Source of the DNA: Octopus bimaculoides
Lineage: Eukaryota
Length of the DNA stretch: 64,000 bases
Assembly: GCF_001194135.2 (NCBI RefSeq)
Contig: NC_068982.1
Location: 75,625,534 to 75,689,533 of the forward strand
Direction: 5' to 3'
Shown here: piece after piece, positions 25,580-38,820 of the stretch
Layout: each line of letters opens with the position of its first letter
How positions within the stretch are numbered: the stretch's first letter is position 1
Notes under the pieces: generated by a model
Seen by the model: the letters and a program-made list of their open reading frames with translations, nothing else
The model's database searches: none
What the model was told of the DNA's origin: nothing
Made by a program: the position numbers and the translations under genes

Positions 25580-26118
25580 CTACATTTTCAACAGATTGCA
25601 GTAACAAAGCAAAAAGTATTGTATTCATGCAACAAAAAAAAATATTAAATTTTATACATGAGGACCAAAGAGTCAAACTGCCATCACAGAAATCCACCCC
25701 ACCAACAAAAAATTCCACTAGCTTTCAATTCAAAAATAAAAATAAAAACTTTTCTACTATTGGCACAAGGCCTGAAATTTTGGAGAAGGGGTTAGTTGAT
25801 TACATCAACCTCAGTAGTTGGTACTTATTTTATTGACTGTGGAATTTGAACTTAGAACACAAAGATGGATGAAATGCCATAAAGTATTTTGTCTAGGATG
25901 CTAACAAGTCTGCCAGCTCACCACCATAATAATAATAGTTATCAAAACTATTTTACAGAACTAAGTTGAAAGACAGATGATCCAAAATTGAAATGACAAA
26001 TTTAGCTACCATCTTTTATTTCCTAGTGAAATGTAATTCATGTAATATGTTTTGTCACTTTTTCAGGATTTATCAATCCCTTTTTACCTTTTGCTTTATA
26101 TATATATATATATATATA

Positions 26119-26246
26119 NNNNNNNNNNNNNNNNNNNNNNNNNNNNNNNNNNNNNNNNNNNNNNNNNNNNNNNNNNNNNNNNNNNNNNNNNNNNNNNNNN
26201 NNNNNNNNNNNNNNNNNNNNNNNNNNNNNNNNNNNNNNNNNNNNNN
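26119..26246. other. Assembly gap between (TA)n and (GA)n
   Basis: 128 N. Confidence 0.99.
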
Positions 26247-28600
26247 GAGAGAGGAGAGAGATATGATTTATAAATATCTTTTTTTTTTAAATTTACCTTA
26301 TTCTAATTTAATTTTTTTTTACCTGTAAGATGCATGACAAAGTTTGATTAACTTGAATTGTGAATCATTACCATATGTGTTTCTGTGTATTTATGTATAC
26401 ATATGAGGTTATCTCATTAAGTTGATGACATGTATTTCATTTTCTAGTTTTCTTCGGAGACAAACTTCAGTTATTTCATTCTGTTTTACCTTTATGGTAG
26501 ACCTATCTTATGTGCATTTTGTTCAACTGATATATAATACAGTAATTTGCACAATTCTTCCCTTTTATAAAAATTTCATTGTATATTCATTGAATATTAG
26601 CTAATAACTCATTTTCTATACCAATGTTTAAACAAAATTTTATGTAATTTTATATTTTGTTGAATTTACCAGTATTTACTTGTGATTAGATTTGCTTCAA
26701 GACAAATTATGAAATAGATTTGGTTAAAAACCTTTTGTTAAATTGTGTTCCAAAAATCACAATATGTTGATTAATAAAAAAGTTATTGTTTTATTAAACC
26801 AGTCTAAATTTGCAATTATTTTAGAATTGAAATGCAGAAGAGGTATATTTTGGTTAGAAATATTGTAATGAAAGGGGTTTTTTTTTTTTTTTTTTTTTGT
26901 CAGTAACATAGGAAGTTCTAAAACTCTAGTCCAGGAGTCCTTATTTGTTAATTACTATACTTGAAACTATATAAACATACAATCTAATCAAACTACACAC
27001 TTATCAAATTATTGGACAAGTTGCATTCCAGTAGAAGTGATGTAGAGCATCATTTATATTGAATATAAATTGGGATCACCTGATAAGTTAGGGGGTGGAT
27101 AGAATCATGCAAACAAACATAAGCAATTTTATGAAAAAAGAAAATATGATTTATACATAAGATAAACAAAAACAACAATAACAAACCATACCAAATTTGG
27201 AATACATCCATTACAGCTATAAAAAAGAAAAAAATTTTTTTGTTTTTACATCCTGAAATTAAAAATGTAAATTGATTTTATACATTATATTTAAAGTTCA
27301 ATCTTAACTAAAGAACTTAGAACTCAATTTTTGTGTGTGCATCTGTATGTGATTAAAAATAATCTTGAAAAGTAAATCAATAAAACAGATTAATCGAGGG
27401 CTAAATATAATGAGTTTCCTAATTTAAAATCTAATATCATATACTCCTCCTAAAAAAAAAAAAACAACAACAAAAAAACTAAGAATGTTAAATGATTGTC
27501 TCTACTTATTTATATCCCTTTATTTTTTAAAAGCTTGACATTTTGTCTGTAGTAGGAGCCAAAGACTGAGAATGAAGTTTAAATGATCACCAACATATAT
27601 ATAATGGTGCCAGAGACTAACAAGAAACTGGAAAAAAAAATAAAAAAAGAAAAATAGTTTGAAAGAAAATGGGGAGGGGAGGCAGGAAAAGGAAAAGGTA
27701 CAAGAGAGAGAAAAACTGTTATCTAGCTTCATGAATATGTATAAGAGATTTCAGCTTCACTTCATTCATACACACTGTTTGCAAATAAGTTGGTTTGCTG
27801 TCAGCTTTGGTATTGGTGTGAAAATGCTGCTATGAAGGTAGCACAAAACCAAGCATACACGTGAATGTAAACCCACAAATACCACATGCATTCTTTTCCA
27901 TACATATGCTTGCTTGCATGCATGCATGTATACATACATACATTTACATAGGTTTGGTGTTTTATAATTCTGAAAGCCTGAAGATGTGTAATCAAGAAGA
28001 GGCATTTTCTCATTGCCTACTGTCAACAGCTATTCCAATTTTCCTTTTCATCATCATTGTTCTAACATCCATTTTTCCATACTTGTATGGGTTGGACACA
28101 GTTAAGGCAGATTTTCCAAAGCCAGATGTCTTTCCTTTCACTGACCCTCACTTGTTTCAAAATAGGGTATTTTTTCCTGTAGCTGGACATGTTTTCACAG
28201 AAGCTTGAAAACTAGGGACACTACTTGTATGACAGTGACACTTGTTGACAACAATCGTGATGTCAAGACAAAGGAACACCAACTCACACACATACACAAG
28301 ACAGTTTTCTTTCGGTTCCTGTCTACCAAATTCACTCAGGTAACTTTGGTCAGCTGAGGATATAATAGAAGACACTTGCCTAAGGTGCCATTCAGAGGGA
28401 TTGAATTCAAAATGAAGTGGTTGGAAAGCAAGCTTCTCAACCACACAATCACATCTGTGCCTTATAATAAAAAAGTGGTCTACTACAATGGCAGAGGTCT
28501 ATAATTGTGTGTACCTAAATGGTGATCTTTGAATCAGAAAATATAAAATGAAAAGGAAAAGCATCTATGGTTTGGTAATCCATGGAAAACATGCCAAAGG

Positions 28601-29995
28601 CAGGGGTTGGCAAATCCCTCATGTCATTGACACTTCTATGGAATCATTAATAACCTTTGACCATACCATTATGTAAATTTCTAAAATGAAATTAAAAAAA
28701 AGTGTAATTCATAAAAATTTCTTGATATAAAAACAATAATTCTTTCATTGTTTTGCGCCTTGATAAAGAACATTAAAAAATCAGGAGTACTATACTGACG
28801 TAGTTGTAATATTTAATGTGAAATATGTGTTTGGTGAATATGAGGAGGTACCCAAAAGTAACTGGAAACATTCTCTGTGGGGAAATCACATTGTAGTTCA
28901 GGCTTCTGCTGCTAGAAGCCACTTGATGTGAGCCACAATCATCAGTCTACTGAGCAGTGGTGTTGAGTGAAGTTGTACTGGCATGTGGTTTGTTTTTGTT
29001 TTGCAGTGCTTTTCCCAGTTTGTCAATTTTTGCAATAGCTGAAATGAGGGAATAGCATACTTCAGACAGCTTACAAGGATGCTGCCATGAGCAAGACACA
29101 AGTTTACAAGTGATATCCAAGCCTTAGGAATGGTCACTTGTTGCTCAAAGACCAACCTCATTCAAGACGACCGTCAACCTCCCAAATGAATGAAAGCATC
29201 ATGGAAATTCATGAACTGATCTTGGAGGGCTGTCACTGAACAATTGATGAACTTGTTGATATGACTGGTGTTCTGGAGCTCTTGCCAACGAATTTTGAGC
29301 AAGGAATTGCAAATGAAAAGAGTTGCAGCAAAATTTGTGCCTCGTTTGCTCACAGAAGATCAAAAGCAGTCACAACTGAATGTGTGTCATGAACTGAAAG
29401 AATAGTTGGAAGTTGATCCAGACCTTTTTTCAAATGTCATCACAGGTGATGAAAGCTGGTGCTACAGAATTTGCAAATGTGGAATAAGTGAAGAATAAAA
29501 TCAACAAAGGTGTCACTTCTCAAAAGATCTAGCACTGCTTCAAACAGTGGAACATGTGTGTGGACCAATGCATTGCTTCAAAAGGAGAATACTTTGAAGG
29601 TAATAAAAGTGTAAACATGTGAAACTAAGTGAATAAAATAATGCAAAATTCCAGTTTCTTTTGGGTATCCCCTTGTACTAGTTATTACATCAATTTTCGG
29701 AAGGAAATTTTTCAGATTTAGCCAGTAAGGACAAGTGTATGCATGTCCTTAATTAACTTGCCAATGCATCAGCTGGAGCTATATATTTATTAGGTGTATG
29801 TCAACAATGCATAAACCTGCTAAAGTATTTTGAATTTCCACATTGTATTTCAGATGAGCTTTTTTAAAATCAAATTTTTTTCATATGAAAAAGACAGTTT
29901 GTTCTTAATGCTCAAAATCATTGCAGATGTTTATTGACCCCATCGGATAGCCATGTGGACAGAAGGGGTAAATATTGAACACTTTGCCAACCCTG
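28601..29995. mobile_element. Non-autonomous hAT-type element hosting the nested mariner
   Basis: TIRs CAGGGGTTGGCAAA ... TTTGCCAACCCTG. Flanking 8-mers gccaaagg / gccataag (6/8 match) fit a decayed 8-bp TSD. Confidence 0.7.
28841..29675 (+). mobile_element. Tc1/mariner element, internally deleted, nested in a hAT element
   Basis: TIRs TGAGGAGGTACCCAAAAGTAACTGGAA / CAAGGGGATACCCAAAAGAAACTGGAA with flanking TA. Plus-strand remnants KRVAAKFVPRLLTEDQK, VITGDESWCY and CIASKGEYFEG. Confidence 0.85.
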
Positions 29996-30036
29996 GCCAT
30001 AAGGAAATAGATCTAAACTGTCAAAGTATCTAAATT

Positions 30037-31235
30037 ATCATCATCATCATCATCGTTTAACATTCGCTTTCCATGCTGGCCTGAGTTGGACAGTTTGACT
30101 GAGGACTGGCAAGCCAGGAGGCTGCACCAAACTCCAATCTGATCTGGCAAGGTTTCTACAGCTGGATGCCCTTCCTAATGCCAACCACTCCTAGAGCATA
30201 GTGGGTACATTTTACGTGCCACTGGCATCAACCACGCTCAAATGGTGCTTTTTATGTGCCACCGGCACTAGCATTGGCCATGCTTGAATGGTGATTTTTA
30301 CGTGCCACTGGCATCGGCCATGACAATAATCTCACTTAACTCAACAGGTCTTCTCAAGCACAGCATATTGCCCAACGATTGAAGGGTACTTTTAAATGGG
30401 CTGGTTATGTGATACTGACATCAGTTATGGCTATGATCTCACTTGGCTTGCCAGGTCTTCTCAAACACAGCATATATCCAAAAGTCTGTCGCTTGTCATT
30501 GCTTCTGTGAGGCCCAACGTTTGAAGGTTGTGCTTCACCACCTCATTCCATGTCTTCCTGGGTCTACCTCTTCCACAGGTTCTCTCCACTACTACGGTGT
30601 GACACTTCTTCACACAGGTGTCCTCATCTATACGCAACACATGACCATACCAGCACAGTTGTCTCTCATGCACACCACATCTGATGCTTCTTATGTTCAA
30701 CTTTTCTCTCAGGGCACTTACACTCTGTCATGTATGCACACTGACATTACAGTTCCAGCGGAGCATACTAGCTTCATTTCTTTCAAGCCTACGCATGTCC
30801 TCAGCCCGTGTTTCACTGCTGTGTAACATGGCTGTTCACACACATGCATTATACAGTCCACCTTTCACCCTTTGTTACCAGAAGAGGAAGGAGGTCTCTG
30901 AACTTTGCCCAGGCTACTCTTATTCTAGCAGCTAGGCTCTGAGAGCATCCGCTGCTACTGACTTGGTCAGGAAGGTAATGGAAGCTATCATTTTCCCCCT
31001 GGCATGTGATGGAATCTGTTTTCTGTACATCTTTGGAGTTTATTGCCACTGTGCATCTGCCACACACAAAACTATCTCCCCAGTTTACGTTCCTTTGATA
31101 TTGCTGCACCTCTTATGTGTCCATAGCTTACACTGGATACATCTTATGGAGTTTCTACTTACACCTTTTCTACAGATTGAGCAGAGACATCTACTTGAAG
31201 GGATTTGTGATTTGTTTGTCTTAGAAAAATATCTG
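30037..31235 (-). mobile_element. 5'-truncated RTE LINE, same family, including the PHD-like finger
   Basis: CSICRKGVSRNSIRCIQCKLWTHKRC...FVCGRC, ARIRVAWAKFRDLLPLLVTK, LCWYGHVLRIDED...GRGRPRKTWNEVV; (CAT)n tail at ~30037-30052. Confidence 0.88.
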
Positions 31236-31457
31236 TTTAATGTAGAGAGAAAGAGAAGCTAAAAATTTTTATCATTTGATGTAAAGTCATGCTTGAGAAT
31301 GAGAAAACCACATGCAAAATAAACAAAAAAACTTTTTAAATAGAGAATAAGGAATAATAAAACTTGTTGTTAGTTCATTAGATAAGATGAGGAATAAATA
31401 AGATCATAACTAAAAGGAAATTTAAATTTTCAAAGTGAATATAAAGTAGCCAATTAC

Positions 31458-31620
31458 CTTTTCTAATCTGTCTTTGGCTTTCTCCAACTGCTCTTGAGTG
31501 CTCAACAAATGTTTTTGACATTCAATCAATGTTCGATCTTTATTGAACAGCTGCTTCACCATCGCAGAATTTTGGCCTTCCAGCACTTTAATTACTTGCT
31601 TCAGCTCATCCAATTTTGCA
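31458..31620 (-). CDS. CIT: CIT-like exon 6 (coiled coil), 163 nt, phase 2-0
   Basis: AKLDELKQVIKVLEGQNSAMVKQLFNKDRTLIECQKHLLSTQEQLEKAKDRLEK. Acceptor ctttcag|T, donor AAG|gtaatt. Confidence 0.88.
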
Positions 31621-33714
31621 CTGAAAGTTATTAAAACATTAATATATCTCAATAACACACGAACATTTTAATTGGCCGAAAAGTTACAAAAGAGACTCAA
31701 GAGCTGAGAGTTTCATACATTATGCTTTACATCTATACAGTGTGAGGAGAATGATCTAAGTGGAATGAAACTGGAAGAGGAAAATCAAAGAAAATATGGA
31801 CAGAAGTACTAAAAGCTGATCCCAAGATGTTGAACCTGACGAAGGAGATGACATAGGAACACAACTGACAAGTTGCTGTGTTGGAAAGGAATTATCCAAA
31901 TAATGCAAGCATAGAAACAGATGTAAAACTGAAGATGATAATTTAGACACACACTCAATATATGCATCTTCAGTTGTTGTAGCTGATCCAGAATTTATTT
32001 ACAAAGCCATTAGACATCAATATAAGCACACTGCACATACAAATGACAAAAACACCTGGAATTGCAACAACTTCAATATTCACAGCTTACAAACATCTTA
32101 GAGAAAGCAGAGCATAAACATTGAGAGTACTAAGAGGATCCACATGTCCAACACTAACAACAACACTTGTGTACAAACAATTTATTAACTTTTAAAGTTG
32201 CAACAAATGCTAGATTTTACAATCATTCACAATTTCTTCTGACAACCTCATATATAACCCAAAACTGCTTCAACAAGACTAGTCTCCTTCTTCAGAGTCA
32301 GAAAACACTTGAGCTGCAAACAGTTGTTAATTCTCAGATGAAACACTGCTATTGCCGCATTGCTACATCTACTAACCTCTTAGACTGCAATCAAAAGAAG
32401 ACCAGTCAGATAATTGAGAAAGGCTCAACACCAACATACCTCATTCCTTAGTCTACAGACATCATGTCTCTTCTCTCCACCTTTCCAACAACTATAATGG
32501 CCTCTGCATATCAAAGCTAGCTAATTGCATTCTCCCTTAATCCAAGTCTACTCACTTCTCCTGGTTTTAATCAGAGACCAGTCCTTACTTCCCAAAACAC
32601 AAACTCTATGAAATTCAATTCCTGTCTACAGTTTTTCCTCAACTGTTGACATGCACATATCCAAGTTAAACCTCAATCAATCTTGTCAGTCTTACCAGTC
32701 TTGGAGAGCTTGATAATGGTCAATAGCATTACCCCTTTCTTCTGGCTAAACCATAAAAATTTTGTTTCTTCTAAAAAAAACGGGCAATGAGAAGATACAA
32801 CATACCCAGACTGCTCTCCTACACACATAACAAACTAGTTCAGAGGTGAACAACTAAGCTAAAAGTTTAGAGTTCAACCTCTACTACTACTACTGACGTA
32901 TTATAATCTTCAAGATATCTTGAACAAAACAGCTGATCCCAAGATTAGCCTCTACAGAGCAACCTACCAAGATAACTCGAGACTGAATCTTTCTTCATAA
33001 AACTGTTTTATTGCTTTATATATAGCCTCTCTCAAAGTTGGCTCTGCATCTGCACATGTAAATTGGGCAAGAATTTTACAGGAAGATTGGCAGTTTCTTG
33101 AATCTCCACCAATGTTTATCCAAAGGGAAGGACACTGACTTGGGCTGGTAGAGCCTGGCACCAGTGTCATCACAGGAATTACCGTCAGAACACAACAAAC
33201 CAGAACAGATACCACAAGGTATCTTGCACATCTCTCTAACAGTTCTGTGAGTCTACTTAAACTAAATTAATACTGTTTTAACTTACCCTAAAGGGATGAA
33301 AAGGCAGGCAATGGTGACTTTGGTGGGATTCAAACTTGGAGCACAAAACACTTAAACAAATGCCATAAGACAATGTATCCAATGCTCTAATAACTGCCGA
33401 TTTATTTGTATATTTAATTACTATTAAAACTTCTTATATTGATCAATCAAAAAACATTTCATAATTTGCTGTGTCTGGGGAGAGTCATTCTTTTTTAGTG
33501 CCTTATTATTAACACACTCACTGGTAAAATTTCCACTCATTAAACTCTTTTACTCGTTTCAGTCATTTGACTGTGGCCATGCTGGATCACTGCCTTTAGT
33601 CGAAGAAATTGACCCCAGGACTTTATTTATTTTCCCTAAAATTTTCATTGTGTCTTGCAACCTTTTCAATAGTTGTTGACTATCCGTTATCTGAGCTGCG
33701 TTCTTTTTGTTTGT

Positions 33715-34110
33715 TTGTGCGCATGTGTGTGTACGCATATGTATGTATGCAAATATGTATGCATGTATGTCTGAGTGTGCACATGTATATAAGTATGTAT
33801 GTGTGTATGTATATGTATGTATTCTGCATATTCATGCATTTGTGTGTGAGTGCATGTCTGAGTGTGTCTGTGTATGGGTTTTTGCGACTATGTACTGTGT
33901 GTGTGGATGTGTGTCTCCATATGTGTCCTTGTGTGAAGTGAAGTGTGTGTATATGGTTACATGTTTCAGTCTTCATTTGCACATGTATGTGTACTTGTCT
34001 GTTCATATTACCTATGTACCTATCTGTCTGTATGTCTATCTGTTTACATTCATATCCATTTACCTACATACATGTGCATATACATATACACACACGCACA
34101 TACACATCTA
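33715..34110. repeat. Degenerate (TG)/(TATG)/(CA) alternating purine-pyrimidine tract, ~400 bp
   Basis: Direct read. It generates the spurious V/C/Y/M-rich ORFs at 33609-34158. Confidence 0.85.
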
Positions 34111-36200
34111 CATAACAGCCCACTAACTATTCTACCTGTATATAAATATAAACTGTAGGTATGAGGGTATGATACCTATTACATATATTTACTATTTAGT
34201 ACTGGGGATGTTTCATTTATGAGCATGCACTCCTGTATTTGTCTGAGTGTTGGGTCCTTTGGGTGCTTGGATAAAATGCGGAAGTCAAGTTGACCCAGGT
34301 TGCCTCCAGGTTGGTCCTTGGCATGTTGGTATTAACTTTTGACATGCAATTTTAACTTTAGAAGATGATTTCCTCACCTTTATTTTCTGAAAAAACATAC
34401 TATGCAGCAAGCTCTAAAAAACAATTTCAAGAAGTTCTTTGTGTGTGTGTGTGTGTGTATATTATGGAAGTGTACTTGCATAGCAAATGTTTTGATCTGA
34501 TATTGTGTGCTGAAACTAAAGCAATTATAGCATGGAAGACACAGGTTAGCCATTCAGAAACACACAAAGAATTAACTTCATTTAAAAATATATTTGTAAT
34601 ATGGTGACCTGTTCACAGACAAAAAAATTTGACACACTATTGCAAATAAATGTTTAAGTGAAGCTAATGGCTTTTGTTTGTTTCTGAAGCTAACCCAGAG
34701 TTATTGTAGAAAAAACTTGCCCAAGGTACTATGTAGTGGAACTGAACCAAGATCACAAGGTTGGGAAGCATGCTTCTTAACTACACAGCTACACTTGCAT
34801 CTGAATATTTCATATACTGAGAGAAAAATGTTTCAATTTGACTCTAAATGAGACAGACATTAGTATTTCTGGTGTCAACAGAATGAAAAATTACAATAAA
34901 GTGGAAGAAATTTACATAAACAAATAACTGTATCACATGGCCAATTTATCCGATATTTATGAGAAATAAATTCTTAAATTTTATTAACATTAAGATTTTG
35001 ATTCCTTGTCTGATGTATCTGTTCAAATTTTATATTGCCAATTTAAAAAAAAATTATTATTTATTTAGTTTGCATTACATTTTACTTAAAATTTCATATT
35101 ATATCAACAAAGTATTCATTATATTTTCAAGCCAACAAAACTACTTTCACAGCATCTTAAAAAATATTTGTTTATTTATTAATGGAAATTATAGGCATAT
35201 GGCCTAGTGGTTAGGATGTTTAGCTCATGAGTGTAAAGTTGTGGGTTTGATTCCAGGACCAGGTTGAACTATTTTATTGTACTAGTTTACTCAGCTAAAT
35301 GCCAGTGGAGCTCACTCTCTCCAGCTGTTACATCCTTGATGTTCCACTAGGTCTAGAGTGGGAGGGCTAAGAGGGTGCCTATGTCTGCTTCTGACTACAT
35401 GGACACAAAACAACTAATAAAAGTATAGTACAAGTTACCAGGTCATGCTTGGTTATTTTGAAAATTGTATGATAAAAATGCACATTTTTAAAAAAACAAT
35501 TTGATTCTTGAGAAGATGTAAAAATCCATATAGGCAGCATTGAAGGGTCTGTCTGTCCATCATATTCTACTTATATTTCTGTTGATGTATGTATTGATCT
35601 ACTCTAACAATATCGACAAACATTTAAACCAAATAACTAAAAAAAAAAAAAGAAACTAAATAATTGTGGTGCTCCAGCATGGCTTCAGGAACTGGGCTGC
35701 TACACATAAAAAGGTAAAAGTAACATCCACACAGCTATTTGCTAAGATCATTTAACTTTTCTTTAACTAGGTTTCAATATATCTAGCCATCAGTCTTTCT
35801 ATCTTCTATCTGCCAATGAATCTATCTATCCACATAGATACATTGATGAGTTGAAGAGATAGAAGTGGTTGAATATTAAAACCTGTGACAACTAAACTTT
35901 ATTTTTATTGCCTGTCACTATATTATGCAACGTTTAAAATCATGCCACTGCTTTCTACATCTGCATTCCTTTCAGTCAACACTCACTCACACAGATTCTC
36001 TCTCTTTGCCTCTCACTTTAACTATACTATATGCCCCTGCACTTACCATGTTTATATCCCTCTTTCTACTTCTTTCTTCAACTAATTAACCACACAATGT
36101 AATAGCAATACCTTTCTCTTACCTCTCAGCACTAACACTCTCTTTTTTCATTCTTCCCTTGAACTAACCACTTGACAACATCTTAGTGTAATAACTATTA

Positions 36201-37470
36201 TCAGGTCATCCCATAAGTTCTGTCCGAATTTTGAATAAAGAAAACAAGTGATCAAATGTTATGTTTTATTCGAATTTAATCATCAATGTACTTTCCCTGA
36301 TTATCTATGACTTCCTTCCATCTATTTACAAGCTTTTTAATCCCATCAATGTAAAACTCTTTTGGTTTCAAAGCAAAGAACTTTGAAATGTCAGTTTTGA
36401 CCTCCTGGCTTGCGAAAGTTATATCCCCCAAATGATTCTGTAAACTATGAAACAAATGGTAGTCTGAAGGAGCAAGGTCAGGAGAATAAGGTGGATGAGG
36501 AATTTTTTTCCCAACTAAGCTCTTCAATCTTCTGTGATGTGATCTTTGCAGTGTAGGGTCGTGCATTGTCCTGATGAAACATCACTCTTTTTCTATTCAC
36601 TAAAGTGGGTCTTTTTTTCTTCAAAGCTTGGTCCAAATGCTCTGATTGCTGACAGTAGACTTGAGCACTGATTGCTGTAATAGGTGGTAACAATTCAAAG
36701 TGAATTACTCTTTTGCAATCCCACCAGATAGAGAGAAAGTACCTTTCTTCCCATAAAGTTCCCTTCTCGGTTGTGGTTGAGCTCTTACCCTTTTACCAAG
36801 CCACTGTTTACGACATTTAACATTTCGATAGAAGATCCATTTTTCGTCACCAGTCACAAGTCTACCCAAAAAGGGTGAAATGAGTTCGCAAGAATGGAGA
36901 GAAGAGCAGATGTCAACTCGGGATTTGCGGTTGCTATCAGACAATTCATGAAGCACCCATTTTCCAAGTTTAGGAACCTTTCCAAGTTGTTGAAGATGAC
37001 AATGAACAGTTGTATGGTTTGAACTAAGCTTTATTGCCAATTCTTCAACTGATAATGCAGGATTTTCTTCAAGTAATACCTCAAGGAGCTTATCATCAAA
37101 CTCAACTGGACGTCTTGTTCGATCTTCCATCTTCAAGGCTGAAATCTCCACTTCTGAATTTTGTAAACCATCTTCTGCAAGTTCTTTCATTCAAGCATTC
37201 TTTTCCATAAACTGAGTGTATGTTTCAAGTTGCTTCAGCTGCAGAGTTTCCTTTTTTGTACTCAAATGCTCTTTGGATACTTCCATGTTAGAAAGGGTTT
37301 TAATCAAAGAAATTTTAATTCTATTATTCTGTAAAATAATATTTAATTAGTTTAAATGTACACAAATGCATAAAAATAATTTTAAATTCCGCTAGACATT
37401 CTAAAATACTATTAAATTTCATTCAATTTTAAAAAAGGTAAAATTGGACAGAACTTATGGGATGACCTGA
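36201..37470 (-). mobile_element. Full-length (1270 bp) mariner DD34D element with frameshifted transposase
   Basis: Perfect 25-bp TIR TCAGGTCATCCCATAAGTTCTGTCC at both ends, with TA duplication. Motifs WVLHEL, TGDEKW, HQDNARP and HPPYSPDLAPSDYHLF are spread over ORFs 36705-37190, 36478-36693 and 36276-36566. Confidence 0.95.
36276..37286 (-). pseudogene. Mariner transposase pseudogene
   Basis: ATG at 37286 (MEVSKEHL...). At least three frame changes and an N-terminal deletion interrupt the HTH and DD34D catalytic domain. Confidence 0.88.
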
Positions 37471-38715
37471 TACTTTCTTCCTACCTCACATTGTTAACAC
37501 TTCTCTCTCTCTCCTTCTCTTGCTCTTCACCTCTCCCTTCAGCTAACCACATCACAGTGTAATGCATACAGCCTTAGCATATTAATATATAGATTATAGA
37601 GAAATTTTGATAATAACGAAACACTGGTGAGCAGAGAGTACAAGGAGTAGTCAGCACATACTATCAATTGGATTTGGGTTAGGGTTGCAAAGGTGGATGA
37701 AAAATACGTCATAGAGATTAAAGGATTAAGTAAAACTATCTTCATCTAACATCCCAGCCTATTTCACTTGTCTTTAATTCACAGCTACTTAGTTTACATT
37801 AGGAAATTACATTTCATTATATGCACTACTCACTTCAACCGTTCAGAAAAGTACAACAACAACAGCTGCTGCTATTACTACCACTAATAATAATAATAGT
37901 GATTTCAAATTTTAGCACAAGGCCAGCAATTTCAGGGAGGGGGAAGTTAATTGCATTGAACCAGTACTCAACTGGTATTTATTTTAATAATAATAATAAT
38001 AATAATTTGCTCTAATTTTGGCACAAGGCCAGCAATTTCGAGAGGAGACGGCATGACAATTATATTAAACCTAATACTTGTTCTATATTTTATTGATCCC
38101 AAAAGGACAAAAGGTAAAGTTGACCTCAGTTGGAGTGGAACTCAAAACATTAAAAAACTGAGAAAATGTTGCTAAGCACGTTGTCCAATGTGCTGGTGAT
38201 TCACTCAGCTCACTACTTAAACATTAATCATTCAACCACGGTAGTGGTTGTATATATTCTAAAGTTCACCATTTCATCAATCACAGCAGCTTCCAAGCTT
38301 CACCACTAATTCAGTTCTCAACTAAATTACAAACTGTTAATAGTTTTAAAGAGGACATTATGGTATAGTGTCCTCTTTAGTTTTAAAGAGCTATACTCTG
38401 GCATAAATAGTTTGAGATTTGGTTCAGTAGAAAAAAAGTTACATCAAAATATCTACAACCTCAAGGGGGGCAGTAAGGCAGATATTAATCTTCAATTAAC
38501 ATGATTTTTTAAATTTTAAATTAAAAGTATACTTTTCTTAGGCTTATATGATAGAAAAATGCATGAGGAATTCAGAATCATTAGTCGCATTGAACAAAAA
38601 TTAGTAGAAAAACAGTTATGATGTAAAATGTTACTTCCTGACATTAAATTTTGTAAGAAGTAACGCTTAAGCAATAAGAATAAGGAATATATTTCTAAAA
38701 TGAATGTTTACTTTC

Positions 38716-38820
38716 TAAGGTGGCGAGCTGGCAGAAACGTTAGCGTGCCGGGCGAAATGCTTAGCGGTATTTCGTCTGTCTTTATGTTTTGAGTACAAAT
38801 TTCGCCGAGGTCAACTTTGA
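38716..38820 (+). mobile_element. SINE-B tRNA-like head, CpG-intact (young) copy
   Basis: GGTGGCGAGCTGGCAGAAACGTTAGCGTGCCGGGCGAAATGCTTAGCGGTATTTCGTCTG...GAGTACAAATTTCGCC, with A/B-box-like motifs. Other SINE-B copies at ~780-1010, 9600-9760, 22890-23095, 25750-25930, 33270-33400, 37903-38220, 47140-47305, 61080-61395 and 62608-62800. Confidence 0.75.

Noticed and set aside
31950-33220. TWNCNN word and C-rich stretch suggesting an APE-endonuclease LINE remnant
   Set aside because: A single short motif with many stops; cannot be supported without a profile search.
35203-35275. tRNA-like sequence with A and B boxes
   Set aside because: No intact cloverleaf or acceptor stem, and it continues into SINE body sequence; a tRNA-derived SINE head, not a tRNA gene.
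35760-37800. Mariner flanks with repeated CTAACCAC...GTGTAAT motifs, possibly an older Penelope-like terminus split by the insertion
   Set aside because: No coding remnant or clear boundaries were found.
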